DNA of 64,000 nt from Callorhinchus milii (taxonomy: Eukaryota). The DNA lies in the NCBI RefSeq assembly GCF_018977255.1, contig NW_024704743.1, positions 55,244,001 to 55,308,000 on the forward strand. Reading direction: 5' to 3'. Every line of letters starts with the position of its first letter. The stretch's first letter is position 1. A program made the position numbers and the translations under genes. Below, one piece after another: positions 24,631 through 37,229 of the stretch. Below the pieces are notes generated by a model. It did no database searches and was not told the DNA's origin. It saw nothing but the letters and a program-made list of their open reading frames with translations.

Positions 24631-27289
24631 GCTGTGATCTGAAAATGGGCAAAAGCCCAAAATTATCCTTACTAATGTCCAAATACCATCACCGTAAAAA
24701 CTATTTTTAAAAAAATTTGTTTAAAAATACTCTTCACGGGTGAATATCTCCGTTTTGTGGGGTGAAAAACAATCAGTAAAACATTACTTTCAAGTTTCAC
24801 TTTTGAAAAACAAATTTGCTGACATTATTCAGCTTGCGTGATGGTGCATGCGCATCCCAAAACTCAGCCGGCTGCCCTACCGGATCTGGGAATACCCATA
24901 CAATACAATCGGAGCCGGTCCAGATTTTTTCACCAAATTTATCGGGGTACGTGGTCAAATTATTTACTCCTCCCCACCCCACATTTACGTAGACACATTT
25001 AGCGTTCATTCAGAAAAAACTGAAAAATACCATAGGTTTTATTCTGTGGTTAACAAAAAATATTTTGATGATCCTTAATCACTAGAGATATCAACCAAGA
25101 TCAGTGAACCCTGGTTACCTTTTCCCTTCTCTAATCCAGAAATGCTGAGGCATATTGTCATACCCCAGAAGCCTGGCTGATTTCAGCTAAATAAACAAAG
25201 AACGGTTCATAAAATTATATAAAATAACGGGTCCAGATTTTTTCGATAAATCAAAGACATTTCAATTCCATTTCTTCTGTACTCGAAACCTTCCTTGCTT
25301 GGACATTCAGTATTAGAAGAAGCATAATAAGGAGGAGAATCAGGACCACCTAATGTCCTGCCATTAAGTTCAGCAACTTTGATGATGTGTCCTATCCAAG
25401 GCAGAATGCCTATGCCATTTCTGACTGGAGTTCAAATAATTTCACTCCACCCCAGTTAATTAATACAGATGTGCACAGCTGCATGAAGAAGGTCCGAAGG
25501 CAGCTTGTGTAATTGTTCACAAAATTGTACCCTGTCAAAGCGTGACTAGGTTAGACTAATCTATCAAATCAAAGGCATCTTTAGGATTTATGGAGACAAA
25601 GACAAGATTTGCAGACTTCCTGCATGCTATTAGGATGCCAAAGAAGCATTGGTTTATTATTCTCTGACAAGAATACTGTTAACCTTGTCATATTTAATGA
25701 CATTTGTGTGCAAACACTTCAGGGTGGGTCTTTGAGAGTTAACAGAATTTTTCCTTCTCTCAGTGAAGTGAAACAGATTGCATGATCCAGAGAATTACTA
25801 GTCCCCTGTTAAATCAAAACAGGTTTAATTCATTTTTATAGGCAGCGCTGGCTAAACGCTGGAACTGAAGTCATGCTATTGGCAAGAGGAGAAATATTAC
25901 TTATGTAACTGACATTTTAAGGTTACATTTATTGTTAGTGTATCCCTTCAGTAAAAACATTGCATTCATTTTAATAATTGCTCCAACATACGAGAAAGTA
26001 TGTCCGATTTACCAAGATTCAGTGCAAAATAACTTATTGTGAAGAAAACAAAGCTGCTACCTGCACTCACTGACAGATCAGAAGATACAATTCTGAACAG
26101 CTATATAACATTACAGTTAACTTACTTTTCAACATATTTCAATTGCTTTATTTAGAAATTTTGCATAGAAATGTGCGTGAACCATACATTACTGTTTAAC
26201 AGTTGCACTTGAGAGCAGCTCGTACAGTCATTATAACTTAACTTTATACACAGCATTGATTTACAGGCATACTATGCAGTGGAGAATACAAGAAATATAT
26301 AAATATGACTTTGATTTGTTTGATACTGAAAACTGACAATTGACTTTAATAGAGGTGGAACAAAAATAACTACCGTATATATAATATAATCCAGTGTATT
26401 CAGAAAAACATCCAACTCTAGCATTCTCCACATGCATGTATACCATATGCACAAGATACCAAATTTGTTTTTAATATTTTTAAAGAGCCAGATGCGTTAC
26501 ATTAAAATATTGTATGCAAAGTTTATGGGATACATTTAACAGGTGAATGTGAGTAGAGGAGTGAGCCCAGCATCATTTACATCCACATATTTATACTGCG
26601 CTGGTTCAAATCACATTGCTCCTGAGCCTAACTCCTCCAGGTTCCTCACCTACTCCAGGTGGTGTCAGGAGTAGGGCTCAAGTGCGATTTGCATTGTATG
26701 AGACTCCATTTATATTGTTCTTGATGGTGACTCCTCACCAAACACTGCATCAATCACTCACTTAGATTCATGATTGCATGCAAACAATGTTTGATTTGTA
26801 TACCACATCTTACAGCAAAAAAACCCCAATAAAACAACTCAACATTTCATTACCTTAAAGATGGCTTAACATATATGCAGGTTAATTGCACTCCATTATT
26901 TTCAGACAACACAACAGGTCTACTGGAACTTCTGCTCTGTGAATCAACTAGTTTGCATGTTTCCAGTTTTCATACTTGACACTGTTAAAAGAAAGCCATA
27001 AAGATACTGAATAAAGCAGGGTACATTTATTGCTATAATAGTAATCTTGAACCATAAAAATAAATATAAAACACATTTTCAAAAAGAAGTGAAAGCTTAA
27101 AATACTGTGTTTGTTGTTTTTTCTTTCTGGCCTTTTTTGTTACTTTAACGTTATTTATACTCTTTTCTATCCATTCTATTTCTAATACAACACTGCCCCA
27201 TTTTCTAACTTATTAAACCTCAGAATCTTTTGCTTTACAATTTGACTGCCCCTGGGACCAGAAAACCTAACTCAGACACAGACTTGAAA

Positions 27290-27703
27290 GTGTCAACTGG
27301 CTCAATTGGTAGTACTATGGCCTCCAAGTCAGAAGATTGCAGGTTCAAACACTGAGACAGGACTTTGAGCTCATAGTCTAGGTTGACAGTCCAGTGCAGT
27401 GCTGGGGGAATGCTGCAATATCAGAGGTAACGTCTCGCTCTCCCACGTGCCTGTTCAAGTGGACATGAAAGATTCGATGGCAATGTTTGAAAAGGGGGAA
27501 GTTTCTCCTAGTGACTTGGTCAAAAATCCCCCAGACAAAAAAAAAGGTTCATTCTCTCCCTGATTATTTGTGGGATATTGTGGCTTGTAAATTAGCTGGC
27601 AAGTTTGCCTACAAACACACAGTCACTTCACCTGATAGAAAACACCGTGAAGTGCTTTGAGATGCTTTTGATAATAAAGTGAGATATCAAATGCAGGGAT
27701 TAC
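27290..27703 (+). mobile_element. Deu-domain tRNA SINE, full length
   Basis: A-box TGGCTCAATTGG, B-box GGTTCAAAC, Deu CAGTGCAGTGCTGGGGGAATGCTGCA, tail ATCAAATGCAGGGATT. Confidence 0.8.
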
Positions 27704-27934
27704 TGAGAAATTGAATGGAGAAGGAATTTTTGAGTAGTCTTTGTGCTCTTCAAGGTGAGGAATTTAGTTCCAACTCAGACACCTAGCGTTGCTATCTGGC
27801 ACTTGGTTAGATGTAGTGCAGATTAAATGAGAATAAAACTTCCCACAGAAGAGCACCCCTATTGTGTCAGAATGACATTTTGCATTACTCACACCAATAC
27901 TTTTATTGCCTCTCTAAATTATATTAGCAATTAT

Positions 27935-28245
27935 AACATTCCTTGCATTTAATTTAATACCTTATCACATCTCAAAGTGATTCACAAGATACCGATGTAG
28001 GTTAATGTGCCAATTTGACATACAATGTCCCACAAACAGCCATGAAATGAATGACCAATTTTATCTGTGAGATTGGTGTCCAGAACACAAGGAAAAATTC
28101 TCTTTTCCTTTCCAATAGTGCCATGGAATTTTTAACGTCCATCTGAAAGGTAGATGGGACATCAACTTAAATCTCATACTGAAGGGCAGCATCTCCAACA
28201 GTGCAACACTCTCCAAGCATGGCACTGGAGTGTCAATCTGGACTG
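27935..28245 (-). mobile_element. Deu-domain SINE
   Basis: CCTTGCATTT tail; AATAGTGCCATGGAATTTTTAACGTCCATCTGA; GCACTGGAGTGTCA. Confidence 0.75.
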
Positions 28246-28479
28246 AGAGTTTATTGCCAAATGAAGGTTTTATGCTGTGGCATCACCACTGATCTGGCTT
28301 GAAACTACCTAATGTCAAAGTCATTTTATAGCGTTTCTCATCCAACAGTGTGCTGATGGACTCTGCGCCCAATCCCCATGATTCTATACGATTATTCATG
28401 TTCTATTTTACAGATGTACAACTTTAGTTAAAATATTAGCCCTCATAGTCTAAGGAAGGAACAGGCAGATAAAGACAGA

Positions 28480-28735
28480 CAGACATTTATAATAAAACCT
28501 TATCATGTTAAAACATCTCAAAATGCTTCACAAATAATTACTGTCAAAAGTAGTAGTAAATGTAGGCAAACCTGACAGCTATTTATGGTTGCAAGATCCA
28601 ACAAATGGTTCTGAGCAAAATGATCAATTTATCTGGAGGATTGTTGGCCAGGATACTGAGAGAAACCCTTTTTGCTTTTGAATAGTGTCAGGGATCTTTA
28701 ATAATGAAGAACAGGCAGACGGGACCTCTATTACA
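28480..28735 (-). mobile_element. Deu-domain SINE fragment
   Basis: TTGTTGGCCAGGATACTGAGAGAAAC; GAACAGGCAGACGGGACCTC. Confidence 0.65.
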
Positions 28736-31700
28736 GGGTAGAATAATAATTCACCTGTTTGTACATGTTTTCAGAATATTTTAGACTCCCTACTGGCACT
28801 GTATATGCACATTAAGGGAAATATAATAACCTTTGTAAAACTAAAAAAGTGAAGAGAAAAAAACACAAGAGGAAATATAACCACTTTCAGAGATATTAGA
28901 TTTCACCTACAAGAACACCACAAAAGCCTATAATGTTTAATGTGTTAGAACACAGACCTCGCTCCCTTCACATGACTTGTTTCCAACAAGTCACCTTGAC
29001 ATAACAAAAAGCTTTCCCGATGCAAAACACTGTAATTCCACTTCCTGGTCAGTTATTTAAAGCATGACTCAGACCGCCCTCTTGCATAAACACAGACAGA
29101 TTCACTGTCAAATTAAACAGGAGGATCTTTCACCATTCACTAAAATCAGAGCCTAAAACTTTAATGTCATGTTACAGTTGTGCTTGCCAAACGCCTGGAA
29201 GTCATTGCAGTATACATTTTTTAAAAATGGGAAAAAGCATGGAATGAGAAAAGGTCATTGAGTCCATTAGTTCTACTCCCTCCACATGTACTCAACCCTG
29301 CACCTATACCCACTCTATCCTGGACTTTGAGGGACAAGTTGTTGTTGCCTATTAAGGGTTAATGAGGGACTACTCTGCAGCTGATATATCTGTGTTGGTG
29401 GAATGTTTCAACTGATCATAGGACAATGACACCTGACAAGCATCTTGGAGGCAGTCCGACACTTTCCAGTTTCAATCAAGCTGGCACCAAGAAATGATCC
29501 CATATTCTCATCTGCATACAGTGCAGGCATTGAAGCAGGCCTGGTTCACATCAAAAGAAGGATTGATCAAATACAATTGTGCTTTGAAGTTTTGCGGCTC
29601 AATATCAAAGATGGATTTTTAACATATGACGGAGCCCAATTCTAGCATTCCACAGGCTACTGGGAGGAAGGCAAGTGGCTACCAAGGCTTGTGTGCTTCA
29701 GTCAGTCATGTATCATTACAACTTCGCAAGACGTGAAACAATCCTGCCATCTTCAAGAATGACACTCTTCAGCTCAGCTTTCATAGTACTGTATAAAGTG
29801 TGTGTGGGGGGGGGGGGGTTGCTCAGTACAGTCTTTACCTTTGTCTTTATTTAATTTCAGGGCCTTAAGACGTCCTCCCGACATGAAGGATGCCATATAG
29901 ATGCAAAGTTTTAATGTGCGTTGTAATTGCTCCATCCAGTTGAAACAATTTAAGTTTAACTGGGAAAGGCTATGTCAGATTGTAATACTTTGAACTTTCA
30001 CAATAGACTGGAAGCCTTGCAGAAGCTTTTGTTATGTATAAAGGTCTAGCTTTTTGGCTCTGAAACGCAAAGCTATTAAAATGGTGAGTGCTACAAAGTT
30101 GCTGTTCTGCTTGATAGGACACGAGGGTAGGTTTACACATATTGCGTGCGTGCATGCCTTAAACCTGAAAGACCTTTCAAATTGTAACGCCAAACTAACT
30201 TAATCATTTTTTTGGGCTCTCAGCTAAGATTAAGTGTCATTTTAGCAACTCTTGGTTACAGAAGCTGATGCAGCGCAAGGGATCATTTTGAGATGATTGA
30301 AACAATGTCATTGACTTGGAACTGCCTTCTGGAATTTTGGCAGCAGGGAATTGGTTTGAGGGCTCAGTTATGGAAATTATGTTAGTGTTCTTTACATAGC
30401 CCAGCATTAACAATGTGTTGTAACACATCGAGAGAGAAGGTCTTGGTATGTCTGGATGTGTTCTGTGTTTTTTTGGCGTATCGTAGAAAATCAGCTTCCA
30501 AATTAAGACAAATTTGGTTTCAAAATGTTACATCGAACATCTTCTACCTAAACATGAGAAATTTCAAGCCCATTATAACTGAGGTTCCATCGGCTACTCT
30601 GGCTTGTTCAGAGAAAGCTAAGCAACTACTTTTCCTTTCACTCCTTTTTAAGCATATTTTGCTTTAATATCGTGAAATACTCCCATTTTGATTTTGTAAA
30701 GGAGCTCATTTGAAAAGAAGAAGGGCGAAGGGAGTTTCTCTCAAAGTCCTAGCTATTCACTTCATGGCTGTTTGTGGGGTGTTGCTCTGTGCAAATTGTT
30801 TACCGAGTTTGCCAAACTACACTATAGTACATCCTGCAAAGCAAATGGCTTTATATCAAGTAGAAAGTTTTGTTTTTTCTTATTATTTTAAAGGGGTTTT
30901 TAACTTCCCTTCCAAAGCTCTACATGAGCCCAAATAAAGGAATATAATTGTATTTATAATATTCTGCAGCCTTTCCGTGAGCTGATGTGTTATAGTTTAT
31001 TTTCCCGGTACATGGAAATGTGCTCTCAACACTTCTTTCAATACAGAAACCGCAGGATTTTACAGGGTTGATTCCATTGAGACATTTATTTCAGATTCCA
31101 ATCATGTACAGTCTTGCTCAAGACTGAAGGAGTCATTTAATGTAATACCACAACAAGGGTGTGTTAGTGGTTTTACAATAGCGAGTTCACAATGCATCCA
31201 TTTCAACATTTATAAAAGGTGCCCTCGAGCCACACCAGCAGTATAAACTAACATCATGTGATGTTTATTTGCTTGTTATATTGAGGTGGCACTAAAACTA
31301 TGCAGATGTGCATAAGTACTGCATTTGGTACTGGCAAGTAGAAATTACTTTGAACACAGTAAATACCTAGCCGTGCAAATCTCCTGGAACCCCATTCTTT
31401 CCATTCGGCAAACTCAGCCAACTGAGCCCCTCCATTCCATCATTGGAGGCCAAGCTTTCAGCCACTAGTCCCTACTTTCTGGAACTCGCTCTCAAAATCC
31501 CTCAATCTCATACCTTCACTGTCTTCCAAAACACAGACTCCAAGTTTGGAAGAACTGCAGAAAACCAGCATCCAAATTAAAAATAAATGTAAGCATTTTC
31601 CAACATTGTGTCCTATATGTTAATTTTTCCAATTATGTTTGTAAGGTTAAGACTATGATACATTTTGGGTCTCTAAAAGTGTTGGTGCTTGGAATCCTTC

Positions 31701-32048
31701 TTGTTTACTTAATGGAGATGAATCCCTGACACTAAATGTAACATGAGAATTGTTGCTTCTAATTGTCTGGCCATTTATTTTTGCACAATCAGAATATCAT
31801 TCATGAGAAGATGCTGAGTTGAGCGCTGGTCTTTTTTGCAGCCGAAAGATTTAGAAAAATTAGTTTCCAATGTTTTATCTGTGCGATATATTGCTTTACA
31901 TTTGCATAAATGGGTAACTTGGACGAGTCATAAATATGGATTAATAATAATCCTTACATTTGAAATAGCATCTTTCTCATCAGGAGGACATTTCAGAGTG
32001 CTTCACACGATATATTTTAAAGTATAGTGACTGTGTATATTGTATTGT

Positions 32049-32170
32049 GGAGGCCTGTAGCTCAGTGGTTAGAGCACTTGCCTTGCAAGCGAGAGGTCCT
32101 GGGTTTGATTTCCGGCCAGGGCAAAACATTCGGCAAGTTTCCTTATTCCACATGCCTCTGTTTACGTTTA
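32049..32170 (+). mobile_element. tRNA-Ala-derived SINE head, 3'-truncated
   Basis: GGAGGCCTGTAGCTCAGTGGTTAGAGCACTTGCCTTGCAAGCGAGAGGTCCTGGGTTTGATTTCC, similar to the head at 54111. Confidence 0.85.
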
Positions 32171-32171
32171 C

Positions 32172-32470
32172 GTTGAGGAGGATGAGGTCAGAGAGTCAGT
32201 GGAGAAAGATGGCATGATCAACTGTGTTGAACGTAGTGAAAAGATCCAGGAGAATAAGGAGGAAGAGGGAGCCCTGGTCAGAACAACAACAACAACAACA
32301 AGATTGCATTTGTATAGTGCCTTTCACGTCGGGAGGATGTCCCAAGGCGCAGGGAAAGAGAGGATGTCATTCATGACTTTGACGAGCGCTGTCTCTGTGC
32401 TGTGGGCAAGGCTGAACCGGATTGGAGGGGTTTAAATAGGGACTGGAGGGAGAGGTGTAACTGAAGTTGA
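32172..32470 (-). mobile_element. L2 ORF2 (RT) fragment with a 70-bp L2 tail inserted at 32282-32350
   Basis: Reverse strand encodes 'QSG..PAHSTETALVKVMNDIL' and 'LLILLDL...FNTVDHAI' on either side of the insert. Confidence 0.8.
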
Positions 32471-32479
32471 TACAAATGA

Positions 32480-33200
32480 TCTGGAATCACAGACTCAGCA
32501 CGATATGCAGAGGCAGCCAAGTCCTTACGAAAAGTGCTTGGCAGAACATGCACTGGGCTGATTAAACAAATTTCAATACAGATAAATGCAAAGTACTGTG
32601 TATAGGAAGTTAAAAAAAATAGGAAGCATATATATTCCATGGAAGAGATAGAAGTTGTCAAGTGTGGGGCCAAAGAGGCCTAGGGATATTAGTTGATTCA
32701 TTGTTCACTAAGTCCAAATTGTGTGATACAGCAATAAACAAGGAAATCAGGTGCTTGGCTGCATTTCCAAAATAGTTTGAGTTCACATCCCCAAAAGTGT
32801 GAAACTGTATCGTGCTCTGGTCAGGCTGCAACTGGCAGTGTTGTGTAAAGTTGTGATCATTGCAAAATAAAGGGGCCGCCCAAGCCCTAGAGGTAGTACA
32901 GAGGAGAAAGTTGAAACTGATCCCAAGCTTTGGAATGATCAAATACGAGGGAACGGTTAGATAAGTTGGGGCTCCTTAGAATCAAAACCATATTTCTCAA
33001 AAGAGACCTTAAGGGGGTACATAGCATGTTAAATAAAATAGAAAAAACAAACATGCAAGAATGCTTTCAGATATACTAAAGAAGCAGGACAAGGGGATAA
33101 AGAATAAGGGTTCAGGTTCAGTAAAAAAACAATTTTAGGACAGATACCAAGATGTATTGCTTTGCACGGAGGGTGTTACCTGGAAGTGGTTAATGTTGAA
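32480..33200 (+). mobile_element. Old CR1 ORF2 C-terminal fragment
   Basis: Remnants of 'LYRALVRLQL..CV..W', 'LEVVQRR..KLIP', 'RGDL' and 'FARRV'. Confidence 0.65.
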
Positions 33201-34321
33201 ATGGATGCCAACTTGGCAAGGTATTCTATTCCTAACTTAGGTATCCTTAGGAGTCCAAATAAAAAAATAGAACATTCGTAAACGAATTACACATAAAATA
33301 ATTTCTGTTGTAGGGAGGGAGGGTCACGAATAAAGTGAGGTTTAAGATCTTCAATTTTTTGCTCTCAAGAATATCTGAAGCCTCCTTATTTAAAATCATG
33401 AGGATATCTTAAATAGACTATTTAAAAGTAAAAATGCTCTGTACCAGTAAACCTGCTAAATACACATAAATAGTGATCCAGAATATTTGCTTTATTTGTA
33501 ACATTAAATTAATTTCAAAACTTTTGAGTTTCTCTGTCTGTCATGGCCAATAATCCAACAGATAAAATTGATCATTTACTTCATGGCTCTTTTACTCTGC
33601 TCAGTCGTTGCTCTGCACAAATTGGCTGCTGCACTTGTTTTCAAAATACACAGCCATTACATTTTACAGTAAAATCCTGTGAGATATCCTCCTAATGTGA
33701 AAGGCAAATGCAAGAAATGTAATTTAATTTAATTTGGGAGTCAACTTTCAGCTGCCAGTGATTTTTCAGAATATTGATTATTGTGAAAGAATTATAAATT
33801 ATCAGACAGAAAATTATCTGCCGCTGCCCATTAATCAAACCAAAATGACAGCGTACCCAGCTGCATATTCATTACTTATTGTTTTAAAACTCTGTCAATC
33901 ACGCATTGCTGCTTTAAATGTTTAAATTCTTGAACAGGAAAAATGAAGATGATGCTAGCTCAATTCTACTGGCTATTTGTTGGTTAATTCCTGACAGTTA
34001 TTGCTAATTAAATAGGATCTGGAAACTATCATCCAAAGAGAGCATGAATGTTTAGATTTGCTATTTTATGAAAACATAAAAGCATGAAAAAGTATGGAAT
34101 TGGCCAATCAGAGGATCAAGGTTGCTTTATTCACTATCATAAATCCTACTGTATCAAGGATTTTATGCCATTTGGGCAAAGTATTACAATAAATAGTCCC
34201 AGAACCCCAAAAGTAATGAAAACAAAGATCCCCATTATTCATCTATCACCACATCTCTACTGCTCAAACCTGACCTTTTTGTCCCCCTCATGCAGCACAG
34301 AAACCATTGTATTTCATGGAG

Positions 34322-34556
34322 CCGGGTGGTCCAACCTTTTGGCTGCTTAGGATCTGAGAAACGCCTGTGGGCCACATAAGCAATATTTTATCCTGATTAG
34401 CCGGTCCTTTTGCCGGGCAGAGTCTGAGGCCCTGGTGACTGTCTCCTCATTGGCACAGGTCCTGTGTGTCGACAATGAAGTTGGAAGTGATTCGGAGCTG
34501 GATGAAATCACCCCTGGGCCAGATGTGGTCCACATACTGGCTGTTGGATCACCCTG
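34322..34556. mobile_element. hAT (Charlie-like) MITE with 8-bp TSD
   Basis: TIRs CCGGGTGGTCCAAC and GTTGGATCACCCTG; flanks TCATGGAG (34314-34321) and TCATAGAG (34557-34564). Confidence 0.85.
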
Positions 34557-34917
34557 TCATAGAGTACATGCTCATAAATGTTTATTGTGGTGAGGTGACA
34601 TCCTAATATGTCCATGGAAAACCATGGGAAAGTCTAGTTTATCTAGACTTTCAAAACACATTTTATCGAAGTATTTTATGAGAGATTATTTTACAAACCT
34701 ATTTTATTTTGCCTACAAAACATACAGTCAATTGACTTTACAGCATATTCTGTGAAGCGCTTTTGACGTCTCAAAAACTCAAAGACGCTATATCAAATGC
34801 AAGGATTATTATTATCGGCTGTCGAGAGTAAAACATGAATACAGATTAGCACAGCAAATGAAAGTGGAAGTTAGGGCTGTTAGGTCAAAATGGGGAGGAG
34901 TCACAAAATCACAAGAT

Positions 34918-35070
34918 CACAACAACAACAACAACAGTTTGCATGAATATAGCGCTCTTCATGTGGGGCAGTGTCCTGGAGTGTTTGACAGTGGCGGAGT
35001 CTGACATGAAGCGAGGGGGAGAGGGAGAGGGGAGATGACCATAAGCACGATCAAAAAGGAAGGTCTTTGG
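34918..35070 (-). mobile_element. L2 3' end
   Basis: (AAC)n tail and 'KTFLFDRAYG' coding. Confidence 0.75.
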
Positions 35071-35426
35071 ACTAAGGTTCAGTAATGAAAGCAACTCAAA
35101 TCTGTCCTTAACAACTTTCCGTGGAACCTTTTTAAAATAATTATCTTCACATATAAAATATTGTATTCTGGGAGATAAGGCTGCAGATGTGTAAAATATC
35201 AGGAGCAAAGATTTTAATTTTTAAATATTAACAATATTTCTGGTGTATGTTTTGCACTGCTGCTCAATTGGTAGCTCATCCATGAATTCTGTGCCATACA
35301 TTTGTTTTCAGTTATTAAGCACTTGAGTACCCTTAGCTGTAATAATATTATTTGTTCATTGAAACCATGAATCTTATTTTTTGCCTCTGTCTCCTGGAAT
35401 ATGTGCTGACGAGCCAGAGAGTGCAC

Positions 35427-36801
35427 ATTTTTTGGGGGGAAAATCTGTATTTATTTATAAATATAATATTTTGTATAACAGAAATCCAAAACAAACACAA
35501 CGTACAACATCTTCTGTTACATTTTTCCCTTTCTTCTGATACAACATTCCATTCTTTACGTTACATTCCTTCACCACACATAGGTTGTGCACACGTTTTT
35601 TGGGACGCCCTCTTTAAAATAATCATGAGTCGCCCCTGTGTACACCACATCCATGTGCGCGCCCACATGCACCCTGATAAGGCGCACTTGTCCCTTTCGG
35701 AAGGCGCCTTGATGTGCACCGTACACCCACATGTTTACTATACATACATTTTCGGGACGCTACTTGGTTACATCTCAAGCGTCTTTCTGTACCCTTACTT
35801 CAGTCAATTTTGGGTGAGCTCATGAGCTACCCTGTGGGTGCACCCTGAGTGGGTTCTGCCGGAGAGGCTCCTGCTGGGGTCGGGCCCCTTCTGGCCTTTG
35901 CCGTGGTTGAGCTGAACGTCAGCTTTTCCCTCAGTATATAATCCCTGAACCTAGCGTGCACGAGCTTGAGGCAGACCCTCACCGTGCTCTCGTTCTGCCA
36001 GAAGAACACCTGGTTTCCGGAATGCCAAAGGGCCTCCTTTACTGAGTTAATGATCCTCCAGGCACTCGATGTGGGTTTCGCTGTGAGTGCCCGGGAAGAG
36101 GCTGTACAGCACCGAGTGCCGTGACAGAGGGTCCCAGACATGAACCGCGAGAGAATCCATTCCATCTTTTTCCAAATCGACTTTGGGACAAAATACTCCA
36201 GGAAAAGGTGGTCCATGGTCTCCTGGCCTCTGCAGCAGGCCCGAGGGCAACGGGCTGATTCGCCCAGACCTCGATGGTGCATGAAAGCCCTGAGGGGAAG
36301 GCGCCCCTTTTATCGCCAGCCAGGTCATGTCCTGATGGTTGTTGCTCAGGGCCGGTGACGAGGCGTTTTGCAAGACGTGGCTGGCTGTCACCGCAGGGTC
36401 CCTCCTGATCAGATCTGCCCTCTCCCCCTTTCAAACTGTTTCAACTGCCTGTCGCACGGATCACTCGGTGATTGCGCGGGGGTCTGGGATCGTGTTCTTA
36501 AGGAATTTTTCAACATAGGATAGGTAGTTTGGCACACTCCAACTGTGTGGAACATTTCAAGGCAATTCTGCCAGACCCACCCTTCTTAGCACTGGGTACA
36601 GGTAGAAACCCAGTACAAAGCAGCATTTGTTGCCAGCATAGTGGACCTCTAGGCGCAGCCACACACAAAGGTGGCCATGAGAATCAGGGCTACGATCGAG
36701 ACCCCTTTCCCAGGGTTTTATGCATTACTTACTCCCGATCTGATGGGGAGCGGCTCAGTCTCGTACCTGTTTACTGTGACTGCGCTACAGATGTCTGTAG
36801 A
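35427..36801 (-). mobile_element. Tx1-clade non-LTR retrotransposon copy A: ORF2 C-terminus, 3' UTR and poly(A) remnant
   Basis: Frameshifted ORF2: LILMATFVCG..FYLYPVLRRVG..YLSYVEKFLK..QNASSPALSNNHQDMTWL..CPRACCRGQETMDHLFLEY (decayed CCHC knuckle)..VLYSLFPGTHSETHI..AWRIINSVKEALWHSGN; AATAAA near the 3' end. Confidence 0.9.
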
Positions 36802-36816
36802 GACCAGAGAGTGCAC

Positions 36817-37229
36817 TTTTTTTATCGAAAATATATATTTATTTAGAAATATAATATTTAGTAACAGAAATCCAAAACAAACACAACATCTTCTGTTACA
36901 ATTTTTCCTTTTTCCTTTTCGCCCCGACAATAAAAACATTTTGTCATTTACGGTACATTCCTTCACCACACATAGGTTGTGCACACATTTTTGGGGATGC
37001 TCCTTTTAACACAGTCGGGAGTTGCCCCTGTGTGCACCACATCCATGTGCGCGCCCTCACACACCCTGATAAGGCGCACTTGCCGCATGTACATCCACAT
37101 GTTTATACATACTGTACATACACTTTCGGGACACTCTTTGGTTACATTTTGAGCATCATTCTGTACCCATACTTCAGTCAGTTTTGGGTGCACACGTGGG
37201 TTACCCTGTGGGTGTGCCCTGAACGGGTT
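36817..37229 (-). mobile_element. Tx1-clade copy B, essentially 3' UTR only
   Basis: Colinear but diverged homologue of 35427-35855 (shares ACATTCCTTCACCACACATAGGTTGTGCACAC and CACCACATCCATGTGCGCGCCC); T-run is the poly(A) remnant. Confidence 0.9.
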
